Below are positions 9,709 through 19,107 of a DNA stretch of 64,000 bases, one piece after another. The position numbers and the translations under genes were made by a program. The stretch's first letter is position 1. Every line of letters begins with the position of its first letter. Source of the DNA: an uncultured Chloroflexia bacterium (lineage in GTDB: Bacteria > Chloroflexota > Anaerolineae > JAAYZQ01); NCBI GenBank assembly GCA_963700285.1, contig CAVOXA010000010.1, forward strand, positions 1,056,001 to 1,120,000, read 5' to 3'. The notes under the pieces are model-generated. The model made no database searches. It saw only the letters and a program-made list of their open reading frames with translations, and was not told the origin of the DNA.

Positions 9709-10851
9709 CTAGCAAGGCGAATAGCGGCGGTACTTGAGAGCGGCCCTGTAGGCCATATCCAGCCTCGCGGGCTCTGTATCGGGCTGGATATTGTGGGTGG
9801 GAGCAAACACATAACCACCCCCGGGAGCCATGATCTCGATGTTGCGCCGTACCTCTTTCTCAATCTCCTCAGCACTGGCATTGGGCAGCACCTGTTGGAT
9901 ATCGATTCCGCCTCCCCAAAAACACAACTCGCTGCCAAACTCACCTTTGAGCCTAGCCAGGTCCATTTTGGCTGCCGTGTACTGCACCGGATTCAGGATA
10001 TCCACGCCAGCCTCGAGATAGTCAGGGATGATGTCATAGACCGAGCCACAGGAATGCATGAATACCTTGGCCTGGGTCCTGGCGTGGATAAAGTCATAGA
10101 TCCGGGTGTGACACGGCTTCAGAAAGCGGCGGTACATCTTGGGCGAGATAAAGAGGCCGGTCTGCATACCCAGGTCGTCACCCTGGCACACGACCTGTAC
10201 ATAGTCACCCACCGCATCGAGGTATATCTCCCACAGGCCGATGATCGTATCGGTTATCTTTTCCAGGAGGGCTGTGGCAAAGCTGGGATCCAGAGCCAGG
10301 TCGAGGCAGAACTTGTCATAGCCCCGGACCTTGCAGGCCTGCTCAAAGGGCCCGCGACACATGATGTCGGCTACAATGGCATAGTCGGTGTTCTCGTACA
10401 GATCTTTGGCCTGCTCCCTCAGCCCCTCCACTCGCCAACTTGTACGGGGATCAGGCCATGTGGCGCCATCCAGGTCTTCGACCGTGCATTCCGCCAGGGG
10501 GTAGGTAATCGAGTCATAGTAGTAGAGGGCTTTCCTCCACCTGATGTCGTACTCGTCGTACCAGTCACCATTGTCCAGGGTCCTGGTTGCGACCCACCTG
10601 GGTGCCCTTTTCATGGTAACCAGTCGACAGTCCACCCCGTAATGCTGCAGGATATCCTCTCTGGGATAGACGTTCCCCTGCTGTGTATGCGTGATCTCCG
10701 GTTCAGGGTCAGGCGCCAGCCCCAGGTAGCTCCTAAGGTTGGCGTAGGCAGTCTCCACGATACCTGTGACATTGGTGCCCGCCAGATCGAGGGGGATCTG
10801 GTCTGGCTCCTGATGGTCAAGCGCTGCAGCTATCCGCTCGCGTGGCTTCAC
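9709..10851 (-). CDS. Uroporphyrinogen decarboxylase / MtaA-CmuA methyltransferase superfamily protein
   Basis: Motifs PRERIAAALDHQEPD, GDDLGMQ, HSCG, CFWGGGID and HNIQ. Confidence 0.85.
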   Translation of the reverse strand: MKPRERIAAALDHQEPDQIPLDLAGTNVTGIVETAYANLRSYLGLAPDPEPEITHTQQGNVYPREDILQHYGVDCRLVTMKRAPRWVATRTLDNGDWYDEYDIRWRKALYYYDSITYPLAECTVEDLDGATWPDPRTSWRVEGLREQAKDLYENTDYAIVADIMCRGPFEQACKVRGYDKFCLDLALDPSFATALLEKITDTIIGLWEIYLDAVGDYVQVVCQGDDLGMQTGLFISPKMYRRFLKPCHTRIYDFIHARTQAKVFMHSCGSVYDIIPDYLEAGVDILNPVQYTAAKMDLARLKGEFGSELCFWGGGIDIQQVLPNASAEEIEKEVRRNIEIMAPGGGYVFAPTHNIQPDTEPARLDMAYRAALKYRRYSPC

Positions 10852-10890
10852 TGGCCCATCTCTCCTCGCTGTCAGCTCTGATTCCGGATC

Positions 10891-11766
10891 TCAGGCCTTG
10901 ATGGCACCGGCAGTCATGCCGCGAATGAACCATTCGGAGATAAAGATATAGATGAGGATCAGCGGAAGCACGCTGACCACCATCGCCGCCGCCAACATAC
11001 CCACATCCAGGTAGGCCTCTCCCACAAAAAACATGACGGCCAACGGCAGGGTTCGCAGTTCGGGGTTGTTGATGAAGGTCACGGCAAAGAGGAATTCGTT
11101 CCAAAAATTCACGAAATTAAGCATGACCGTGGTCAGAATCGCCGGGCGGGCGATGGGAAAGGCCATCCTCCAGAATAGCTGGTGGTCGGAAGCGCCGTCG
11201 ATGAGGGCAGCATCCTCCAATTCCCCGGGGATCTGAGCAAAAAAGGTCCGCAAAATAAAGATGTTCATGGGCATGGCCATCACGGTATAGACCAAGATCA
11301 GGGCCCAAAGGGTATTATAGAGCTTGTAGCGGACCAGGAGCTGGAAAAGAGACAGCAGTGTGATCTGAGGCGGGAACATGATGGAGAGAAAGATAGTCGA
11401 GTAGAGAACCTCGCGCCCGCGGAACTTGAAACGCAACCTGGCAAAACCATAGGCGGCCATGGAGTTGACAAGCATGGCCAGTAAGATGGCGCCAGCCGTC
11501 ACGAAAGTGCTGTTTCGGAAGTATAGGGGAAAGCTCAGGGTCTTGTTGGTGAAGACATTGACATAGTTCTTCATGGTTGGAGGGATAGGAATAGCATACG
11601 GCTTCAACAAGATCTCGGGGCCAGGCCGCAACGAGTTCGCTACCGCCCAAAAGAATGGGAAGCTAAAGACAGCAGTATAGATCAACAACACGAGCGTGAT
11701 TGCATACCGCCCCCAGCGCTGCGGAGGGATGGACAGAAAGTTGCTTTGTTTCTGATCTGTACTCAT
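10891..11766 (-). CDS. Carbohydrate ABC transporter permease (MalG-type)
   Basis: Hydrophobic helices, EAA loop IPGELEDAALIDGAS, WNEFLFA and a C-terminal GMTAGAIKA. Confidence 0.92.
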   Translation of the reverse strand: MSTDQKQSNFLSIPPQRWGRYAITLVLLIYTAVFSFPFFWAVANSLRPGPEILLKPYAIPIPPTMKNYVNVFTNKTLSFPLYFRNSTFVTAGAILLAMLVNSMAAYGFARLRFKFRGREVLYSTIFLSIMFPPQITLLSLFQLLVRYKLYNTLWALILVYTVMAMPMNIFILRTFFAQIPGELEDAALIDGASDHQLFWRMAFPIARPAILTTVMLNFVNFWNEFLFAVTFINNPELRTLPLAVMFFVGEAYLDVGMLAAAMVVSVLPLILIYIFISEWFIRGMTAGAIKA

Positions 11767-11768
11767 GC

Positions 11769-12722
11769 CTAAAACTCCAGTGCGTCGCCGCGCAGGAAGA
11801 TTCTGGAGAGTCCGACCCAACAGACAAAGACTACGATGAACCACACCACGGCAATGGCTGATGGGTACCCCAGGTCAAAGGTCATCCACTCGAAGGCGCG
11901 TTTTTGAATATAGGTGGCCACCGTCTCAGTCTGCCCTGAAGGTGCACCACGTGTCATGATCCATACCAGCTCAAAGACCCTCATCTTGCCCACAAAGCAG
12001 AGCAGCATCAGGCTGATCCAGGTGCGCTTGAGCATGGGCAGGATGACGTAGATAATAGACTGGAAGTGATTGGTCCCGTCCACGACGGCGGCGTCCAGGA
12101 TCTCCTGGGGCATGGAAGCCAACGCGGCAAGCAGGATCACAAAATTAAAGCCGATGAACCGCCAGGTAGTCACCGATATCAGCGAGGGCAAAGCGGTAAG
12201 GGGATCGGCCAGCCACTTGTGATCCAGGCCGAAGGGCCGCAGCACAACGTTGATGATGCCCCAGTCTGCGTTAAAGATCCAACGGAAGAGGGCACCGATT
12301 ACCACCCAGGAAACCAACATCGGCAGGAACCAGGCCACCCGGTAGAAACGCCGCAGGGGAAGCTTCTGATGGATCAAATAGGCCAGCACAAAGGCAATCG
12401 GGATCTCCAAGAAGGGTGAGACGATAGCCCAGATGACACTGTTACGGATGGCCATTTTGAAAAAGAGGTCCTCGGTGAATAGCTCGACATAGTGCTGCAG
12501 GCCTACATATGTGTATTTCGGCACACCAGCACGGATCTGGAGCACGTGGACGCTATTGTAAAAGGTCATGAAGAGCGGAATGATCACAAACGCCAGGAAT
12601 AACAGCGTCGCCGGACCGAGGAACTCAAGGATGGCCCACCAGGAGGCCTGACTAAACCCTCGGCCGAATGGGTTTCGTCGCTTGGAAGCAGGTCCTGCCT
12701 GCGCAACAGCACTGGTCTCCAT
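11769..12722 (-). CDS. Carbohydrate ABC transporter permease (MalF-type)
   Basis: Motifs YVGLQHY, EAA loop EILDAAVVDG, MTRGAP and LGYPSAIAV. Confidence 0.92.
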   Translation of the reverse strand: METSAVAQAGPASKRRNPFGRGFSQASWWAILEFLGPATLLFLAFVIIPLFMTFYNSVHVLQIRAGVPKYTYVGLQHYVELFTEDLFFKMAIRNSVIWAIVSPFLEIPIAFVLAYLIHQKLPLRRFYRVAWFLPMLVSWVVIGALFRWIFNADWGIINVVLRPFGLDHKWLADPLTALPSLISVTTWRFIGFNFVILLAALASMPQEILDAAVVDGTNHFQSIIYVILPMLKRTWISLMLLCFVGKMRVFELVWIMTRGAPSGQTETVATYIQKRAFEWMTFDLGYPSAIAVVWFIVVFVCWVGLSRIFLRGDALEF

Positions 12723-12764
12723 GTCTCTAACGCGACCTCCGGTCGTATTCGTCAAGGTTTGGTG

Positions 12765-12801
12765 CAGAGGAGAAACTGGGGAAATCCCAGTTTCTCCTCT
12801 G
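12765..12801. terminator. 16-bp perfect hairpin between the SBP gene and the first permease (mRNA stabiliser or partial terminator)
   Basis: CAGAGGAGAAACTGGG-GAAAT-CCCAGTTTCTCCTCTG. Confidence 0.7.
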
Positions 12802-12824
12802 TTTCAGTTCAGCTTGGCCCAAGT

Positions 12825-14186
12825 CTATGGCCGGGCTGCTTCCAGCTTTTCGAGTCCTTCATCCAGGGTCATGGTTCCATTCACCAGACCATCATTGAAG
12901 ACCTGGATCCACATTTCCCGGAACTCGGGCGGCTGGCTAAAGACGTTAATAGGCACACCCTTTGCCGCCGGCTTGCAGTCGGCGAACTCGGCAAAGTACC
13001 AATCGAAATCGGTAGGCGGCATCGTGTCGAGGTTGGTCTTGATACCGGTCTGGACACCGGTCTTGGCGTACCACAGGTTGCCGTACTTTTCCTGGGCGAC
13101 GAAGTTGATCAGGTCGATGGCCGTTTCCTTGTTGGGGCTCATCTCGTGCGCCGCCAGGCTGCCGCCCACGTACCAGAGATGCTCGTCGTTGGCTACACCA
13201 TTGGGCATGGCGGGATAAGGCATGCAGCTCAACTGGAAGTCTGGTGGCTGTCCCCCCTCCTCAGGCGGTACAAAGGCCCGGCCCGTGTACCAGGAGCCGA
13301 CCGGGAACATGCAGGCGTTTTCCTTTGTGTGAAAGTCCTGGTGGGCCTCGGCGATGGTGTTGGTGACATAGCTGTCGCTATAGGCAGGCAGCGAGACCAG
13401 CTCATAGGCCCACTCCAGGGCAGCGCGAGCTTCGGGCGTATCAACCGGCACCTGCCCGGTGAAGTACTTGGCAAACTCGTCGATGCCCAACGTGTGCTCC
13501 AGCGCGTACCAGAAGGGCAATGCCCCACTGCCCCACCACTCCATACCACCGGCAAAGACGTTGTAGCCGCCCTCCTTGCACTTCTTGGCGACCTCCATGA
13601 ACTCGTCGGCCGTCAGCTGGCGGTCCTCGGGCAGCTCGATGCCCAGTTCGTCAAAGGCACGTTGGTTGACGTACAGCTCGAGGGTGGCCGCCTCCAGGGG
13701 CAAGGCATAGATAGCGCCATCCGACCAGGTCCAGGACTCTCGAGCCCAATCGTCGACGTTGTCCCAGTTGACGCCCTCACTCAGGTCGGCGGTGAACCCG
13801 GCATCCACCATCTGGGGGGCGGTTCGGTCGATGTAGAAGATGTCAGGGAAACCTTCGCCGGCAATGGACGTGTTCTGAATGGCATTGAACATCTCTGCCT
13901 TCTGCCACCAGACGACCTCGATGTCCACGTTGGGGTTTTCGGCCTCATAGTCAGCGATTACCTGCTCGATGAAATCCCGCTTGTTGGTCTCTTCGGCCCA
14001 GTGACTCCACCAGACGACTTTGACCGGTTCACCTTCGGCGGACTCGGCCGGCTTTTCCTCCTTCGTGGTTTCGGGAGCTGCCGCTTCCTCGGCCTTTGTT
14101 GGCTCCGGCGCTGGTGCGGACCCGCAGGCTGCCAAGACCATGGCCAGCACCATGAGAAGTGATACGACGGCGTATGCTTTCTTCAT
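12825..14186 (-). CDS. Carbohydrate ABC transporter substrate-binding lipoprotein
   Basis: Signal peptide with lipobox VLAAC, Ala/Pro/Glu linker, family-1 SBP motifs (YEAENPNVDIE, PDIF, DGAIYALP) and a GAGGAGG SD. Confidence 0.92.
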   Translation of the reverse strand: MKKAYAVVSLLMVLAMVLAACGSAPAPEPTKAEEAAAPETTKEEKPAESAEGEPVKVVWWSHWAEETNKRDFIEQVIADYEAENPNVDIEVVWWQKAEMFNAIQNTSIAGEGFPDIFYIDRTAPQMVDAGFTADLSEGVNWDNVDDWARESWTWSDGAIYALPLEAATLELYVNQRAFDELGIELPEDRQLTADEFMEVAKKCKEGGYNVFAGGMEWWGSGALPFWYALEHTLGIDEFAKYFTGQVPVDTPEARAALEWAYELVSLPAYSDSYVTNTIAEAHQDFHTKENACMFPVGSWYTGRAFVPPEEGGQPPDFQLSCMPYPAMPNGVANDEHLWYVGGSLAAHEMSPNKETAIDLINFVAQEKYGNLWYAKTGVQTGIKTNLDTMPPTDFDWYFAEFADCKPAAKGVPINVFSQPPEFREMWIQVFNDGLVNGTMTLDEGLEKLEAARP

Positions 14187-14454
14187 TTCTTTCCTCCTCG
14201 AAATTCTCATTGACATGGAACCTCTTTGGCGTGCACGTCGCTCCACAGGGGCGGGATGCCTTTCCGGGCCGCACAGCGCGGCTCGCGTCCCTCTCCCGCT
14301 CCATCTGCACCGACTCAGTCTCTCATAGGCTCTCCTTTCTCTCAGTCATACTGCCCACAGGTCAGTCGACCGGCCAGCCGGCGCCCGTCCAAGCGCATCA
14401 CTGTAGTACTCCTTCTTGTAGAACACGCCCCCTGTTGGATCTCTGGTCACCAGA

Positions 14455-15483
14455 TCAGGCAGATTCCCGGATCACAAGCTTGTGGTCCAGCACCTTGCAT
14501 CGACCAGGAATGGGAGATTCACTTTCGATCCGCTCGACGAGCATCTGAACAGCAGCCACGCCCAGGGCGCCAACGTCCTTGTGAACAGTTGTGAGCCTGG
14601 GACGGACGATGGTAGACTCTAGTATGTCGTCAAAGCCGATAACTGCTACGTCCCCTGGCACAGATAGACCCGCATCCACGGCAAAGAGCAGGGCATCAAT
14701 GGCAAGAAGGTCATTGCCGGCAAATACCGCGCTGGGTGGTTCAGCCAGGGTCAATAGGTACTCCATCCCCAATGCTCCGCACCCACGCTCATAACAGGTC
14801 TCATAGACGAGTTCTTCCTCTACAGAGAGATTGTGGGTCCGTAGTGCATTGACGTATCCCTTCCTGCGCAGACGGCCGCTCCACGTGGTCGCGGGACCCA
14901 CAATGGCACCTATCCGTCGATGACCCTTTTCGATCAGGTAAGAGACCGCCTCCTCAGCTGCCCTGGCCTCGTCGAGCACAATGTTATCGGCAAAGGGATG
15001 AGTAGGTGCATCGCCATGAATGACCACGGCGATCCCGGCATCGACCAACCTATCAATATCCGCCTCAGAGGCATGGAATGTTTGGGTAAAGAGCCCATCC
15101 ACACCACGCTGGATCAAGACATCCAGAAACCCTTTTTCCTGTTGCAGTTCATCCTGAGTATTCAGGATAAAAACATCCAGACCTGCTTTTCTCGCTTCGT
15201 GCTGGATGGCTGTTGCCAGTTGAGGATAGAAGAGGTTTTCGATCTTGGGGATCATTACGACTACCATGTTCGAGCGCTGCAGGCGTAGGGTGCGAGCAGC
15301 ACTGACAGGCAGATAGTTCAAGGCATTGACGGCTTCCCAGACCCTTTTACGTGTCTCGTCGCTGATCCTGATGTTGCCACCGGTGCGCTCGTTGATCACG
15401 CAAGATACCGTAGTCCTTGAGACTCCGGCCAATTCTGCCACGTCACGACTTGTTGGTCGCTTGCGAGACTGTCTGGCTTTCAT
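14455..15483 (-). CDS. LacI-family transcriptional regulator
   Basis: HTH TSRDVAELAGVSRTTVS, plus LIEKGHRRIG, VIGFDD and PRLTTV. Confidence 0.93.
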   Translation of the reverse strand: MKARQSRKRPTSRDVAELAGVSRTTVSCVINERTGGNIRISDETRKRVWEAVNALNYLPVSAARTLRLQRSNMVVVMIPKIENLFYPQLATAIQHEARKAGLDVFILNTQDELQQEKGFLDVLIQRGVDGLFTQTFHASEADIDRLVDAGIAVVIHGDAPTHPFADNIVLDEARAAEEAVSYLIEKGHRRIGAIVGPATTWSGRLRRKGYVNALRTHNLSVEEELVYETCYERGCGALGMEYLLTLAEPPSAVFAGNDLLAIDALLFAVDAGLSVPGDVAVIGFDDILESTIVRPRLTTVHKDVGALGVAAVQMLVERIESESPIPGRCKVLDHKLVIRESA

Positions 15484-15503
15484 AGCCCCGATCTCGATCA
15501 GCC

Positions 15504-15540
15504 GACAGGTGTCCGCTGACACGTAATTGGTGACACGTGA
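15504..15540. promoter_or_regulatory. Candidate LacI operator sites (degenerate GACACGTGTC cores)
   Basis: TGACACGT occurs at 15517 and 15531, and GACAGGTGTC at 15504. All lie between the -10 and the lacI start. The central CG is typical of LacI operators. Confidence 0.5.
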
Positions 15541-15544
15541 AATC

Positions 15545-15573
15545 AGTATATCACAAGCAGACACCATTGTCAA
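15545..15573 (-). promoter_or_regulatory. Sigma70-type promoter of the LacI unit
   Basis: Minus strand TTGACA-17 nt-TATACT, with an extended TG. Confidence 0.8.
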
Positions 15574-15701
15574 GCCCTCAATTTGACCAACAGCAAGCCC
15601 CAAACGCAAGCGCCAAGTTGCTGCATTCGCTTATCGACCCGCCTAGGTCTAGGATTGGTGCCTACAAGACTATCTGGATCGTACTGGCTTGGGAGCCACG
15701 C

Positions 15702-16559
15702 CTACTTGCTTAGCGCCGGCAGTATCACACCGAGATAGTCCAAGCTTCCCTGCACCCAGCGGTCAGCGTCGTCAACGAACCCGCCGCGGGCGCCCATCTC
15801 AATACCTGCCACGCAGGGCTCGCCTAATCTCCGGCAGTTCTCTTCGATACCCAGTTCGATAACCTTGTCGAGATACGTCTTGAAATCAGCAACACCTGTT
15901 CCCAGGATGCTGTTCGTATGCTCAAAGGTGTCAGTCTCGCTGAGGTGGACATGGATGATGCGGTTCTTTAGCTTCTCAAGATGGGCTGGTCCCTCCCGGA
16001 TGATGCTTAGATGCCCAATATCGACGTTGGCCAGTATGTTCGGCAGGTCAATGTCTTCGATAGCCTTGGCCACCGCCGCTGTACTGTTGAGGGCAAAGTA
16101 AACATGCGGTTCCACTTCCAGGTCGATGAGCAACCCGCTCAGCTGGCACCAATCGGCAAACTCACGAAGCGTGGTCACCATGTTCACCCATGTCTGCTCC
16201 CGCATCACCTGGGGCTCGTAGATGCCCCCTCCCCGGCAGATCAGAAGCTGCTTGCCACCCAGCTTGAGCTGAAAGTCCGCGCAGCGCTTCATATAGTCAA
16301 GCGTTGCCTTTCGCCTACCAGGGTCAGGGACTGCGAGATCCTGTGTGTTCACCAGAAGCATCTGAGAACTCTGCAGCCCGCTGTTCTCAAAGAGTTTGAC
16401 GACATCTTCTTGCCGGCCTCTATTCATCAGCGTAGGATCACCGGATTGATACGCCGCATATTCGATGAAGCGAAAGCCGAACTGGATGGCACTCCTCAGC
16501 GCCTGTTCGATGGGAGTCTGGGCGACCTCATAGACAAAGGTATTCAAAGCAAGATACAT
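15702..16559 (-). CDS. Sugar phosphate isomerase/epimerase (AP endonuclease 2 TIM barrel)
   Basis: Metal-binding motifs LEVEP, DIGH, HVHLSE and GIEM. Confidence 0.82.
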   Translation of the reverse strand: MYLALNTFVYEVAQTPIEQALRSAIQFGFRFIEYAAYQSGDPTLMNRGRQEDVVKLFENSGLQSSQMLLVNTQDLAVPDPGRRKATLDYMKRCADFQLKLGGKQLLICRGGGIYEPQVMREQTWVNMVTTLREFADWCQLSGLLIDLEVEPHVYFALNSTAAVAKAIEDIDLPNILANVDIGHLSIIREGPAHLEKLKNRIIHVHLSETDTFEHTNSILGTGVADFKTYLDKVIELGIEENCRRLGEPCVAGIEMGARGGFVDDADRWVQGSLDYLGVILPALSK

Positions 16560-16574
16560 CGGGAAACTAGCCTT

Positions 16575-17378
16575 TCACTGCGCAGCCAGGATCTCGCGCA
16601 TCCGCTGGAATCCCTCCTGGCCACTGGTAAACACCGGCAAGCCGAACTCGGCCACCGGGTCCGGGTATGACAGGGCAAAAAGCGCCATCGAAAGCTGAGC
16701 CAGCACCACGCAGCTGATCTCCTCGCGCGCCTGGACTTGCCTGATTGCCCTGGCCAGCAGCACATTGTGGCCCTGGACATCCCCCTCGGCCAGGCGGTGC
16801 CATGCCTCCTCGACAGTGACTCCCGAGGTCGCATACGGCTTTCCCAGCCGCAGGGCAGTCTCTTCAAGGAGCGCCAGCGTGCTGTTGACTGTAGTGACCA
16901 GGGTGGCGATAACCAGAATGCGTCCACCGTGACTGACCGCTGCTTCCATCATCGGCATATCAATCTGCACCACCGGCACATCCACAGCCTCCACCACCGC
17001 CTCATAGCTGCGGTTCATGGTTGAGCAGGTGATGAGGATGGCATCCACACTTGCCAGTGCAACCAGGTCGCGGGCAGTACGCGCAAAAAGATCAATATTC
17101 TCCTGCGGGGGACAGGGTTCGCCGTTCGCGAACGCTCGCGTGAAGTTGAGTTGCACTGCGTCGTTGCCAGCGTTGACCAACCTGACACCGGGCAAGTAAT
17201 AGTGGCCAAAATAGTTGCACCAGAGCGTTATCCACGATGCACCGTTGATCAAGCCTAGGCGCTTGCCCAGGAGCGCCGCATCGTTGCCTGGTTTCGGTTC
17301 CAAACGGCCAATACCCGTCACCGCTATATGTTCCGAGAACAGGCGAATCGGATCATCGGAAAGAGTTAAATCGCTCAT
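16575..17378 (-). CDS. Asp/Glu/hydantoin racemase-family protein
   Basis: Motifs DAILITCSTMN, VPVVQIDMPM, RILVIATL and VVLAQLSMA. Confidence 0.75.
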   Translation of the reverse strand: MSDLTLSDDPIRLFSEHIAVTGIGRLEPKPGNDAALLGKRLGLINGASWITLWCNYFGHYYLPGVRLVNAGNDAVQLNFTRAFANGEPCPPQENIDLFARTARDLVALASVDAILITCSTMNRSYEAVVEAVDVPVVQIDMPMMEAAVSHGGRILVIATLVTTVNSTLALLEETALRLGKPYATSGVTVEEAWHRLAEGDVQGHNVLLARAIRQVQAREEISCVVLAQLSMALFALSYPDPVAEFGLPVFTSGQEGFQRMREILAAQ

Positions 17379-17379
17379 G

Positions 17380-18198
17380 TTAGGCTCCAAAAATCTTGCT
17401 CAGCGCAGCATGGGTTTGCTGGACAGCGGGGTCCGGGTCCAGCGTATACTGGAAGCCCAGCTCAGCTGAGACAGAGCCCTGATAGTCGATTTCCCCCAGC
17501 GCCTGGACGAAAGATGCGAAATCGATGCTGCCTTCGCCAGGGACCAAGTGGGCATCACTGTCGCCATAGTTGTCGTCAATGTGGATGTGAAACGGCACAT
17601 GCTCCAAGCAGCGCACCGCCTCGGCCAAATCCTCACCGTTGACGTTGGTGTGACCTGTATCCAGCAGGATACCCAGTCGCTCCGAATTGATCTCCTCGAT
17701 CATGCGCAGTCCGTCATCGATGGTCAGGATCAGCGTACTCTCAAACCTGTGGGCTGGCTCGATGAGTAGAATCATCTCAGTCCTATCGGTATAGTCGAGC
17801 AGCTCTATGAAGCTCCTACGCAATTGGGCCCAGCCCTCCTCCACGCTCTCACCAAAAAGCGTCATTCCTGGACAGAGGCTGACGCATGGCGAGCCAAGCC
17901 TCTGAGCGCTGTCGATGGCATCCTGGATATACTGCACGCTACTAAGGCGCACCGTCTCGTTGAGCGAACACAAGATCGACGGATAGCGGAATTGGGCGGG
18001 GATAAGGTTAGGTACAGTCATCTCGTACCGGTCCAGCAATGCTCTGATCTCATTCAATTGATCATCGAGATCATGGCGGTAGCAGTGGGGGCGCCCCCCC
18101 CAAACTTCGATACCCTGATAACCAAACGCGTGCAGGCGGCGGATGGCTTCCTGCAGGGGGTAGTTCAAGTACACAAACGATGATTGTGAGAATCTCAT
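17380..18198 (-). CDS. Sugar epimerase, FrlC (fructoselysine 3-epimerase)-like TIM barrel
   Basis: GYQGIEVWGGRPH (recalled FrlC motif is IEIWGGRPH), IEPAHRFE, LDTGH and HIHIDDN..DAHLVPGEG. Confidence 0.8.
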   Translation of the reverse strand: MRFSQSSFVYLNYPLQEAIRRLHAFGYQGIEVWGGRPHCYRHDLDDQLNEIRALLDRYEMTVPNLIPAQFRYPSILCSLNETVRLSSVQYIQDAIDSAQRLGSPCVSLCPGMTLFGESVEEGWAQLRRSFIELLDYTDRTEMILLIEPAHRFESTLILTIDDGLRMIEEINSERLGILLDTGHTNVNGEDLAEAVRCLEHVPFHIHIDDNYGDSDAHLVPGEGSIDFASFVQALGEIDYQGSVSAELGFQYTLDPDPAVQQTHAALSKIFGA

Positions 18199-18246
18199 AG
18201 GGTCTCCATGGCAAGCCCCCGTGATCAAATGCCTTCACGGGCAAGT

Positions 18247-19008
18247 CTAGAAGCGATCTCCGAACTCTTTCTGAAAGCGCAGCGCCATAAAGTCTCGCTG
18301 GCCGGCCTCGCGGGCGGCCATCGCGTAGAGATAGGCAATACGGCCTCCTGGGCAGGCAACGTTCGGATGGAATCCTCTGGGCACTGCCATCATGTCACCT
18401 TCACGCACGATTTCGCAGGCGATGGGATTGTCGAGCGACTCATAGATACACTGAATGCCAAAGCCGCCCTCCATGTCAAAATAGACGTACAGCTCTTCTT
18501 TCTCATCCCCATGTTCGTGGGGCGGCCAAACTGTCCAGCAGGCAGTACCCCCCTTGCCGATGCCCATCAGCAGGCGCGAGGCGTTGAATGTATCATCGAT
18601 GTACATGTAGACATGGCGATAGGTGTGCGACTCCAACGTGCCAAATACCTTGTGCCTAGCCGGATCCTGTTCCACGTCGGAAAAATGGATGTGAGCAAAG
18701 GTGGTGTCACGGTCGCTGGGTGCGCTGATGCGCATTAGAACTGCTTCGCCCTTGGCCTGGACGTTGATCTGGCTCATCCAAGGTAGATAGAGAAAATCCT
18801 GAAAGCTTGCTGTGCCCGTAGCCTTGGCACAATCATAGTCCACCTGCCCCTTGATACAGACCAATACCACTTCTTCCGGACCAGTTTCAATAGCCGTGGC
18901 CGGGTTTCCGGTGTTCAGCTCGATACGTTCACAAAAGAGCCAGTCCAAGGGGCTGTCCTTGGGACCTATTCCTTTCCTCAGTTCATCGGGGCCGTATAGG
19001 TACTTCAT
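18247..19008 (-). CDS. IolB/KduI-family (5-deoxyglucuronate isomerase-like) cupin isomerase
   Basis: Motifs WTVWPPHEH, EELYVYF and VPRGFHPNVACPG. Confidence 0.85.
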   Translation of the reverse strand: MKYLYGPDELRKGIGPKDSPLDWLFCERIELNTGNPATAIETGPEEVVLVCIKGQVDYDCAKATGTASFQDFLYLPWMSQINVQAKGEAVLMRISAPSDRDTTFAHIHFSDVEQDPARHKVFGTLESHTYRHVYMYIDDTFNASRLLMGIGKGGTACWTVWPPHEHGDEKEELYVYFDMEGGFGIQCIYESLDNPIACEIVREGDMMAVPRGFHPNVACPGGRIAYLYAMAAREAGQRDFMALRFQKEFGDRF

Positions 19009-19107
19009 CCTTAATCACTATCCTCCGATATGACATTGGCCCTCGGTCCTCTGCCCTCCGTTGCCAATCATCGTTCCTATCGAATCTCGCTCGCCACTCT
19101 CACAAGG

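Noticed and set aside
14205-14326. Selenocysteine read-through of the MRD-TGA mini-ORF
   Set aside because: The extended peptide has no redox motif or recognisable family, and no clear SECIS-like hairpin is present.
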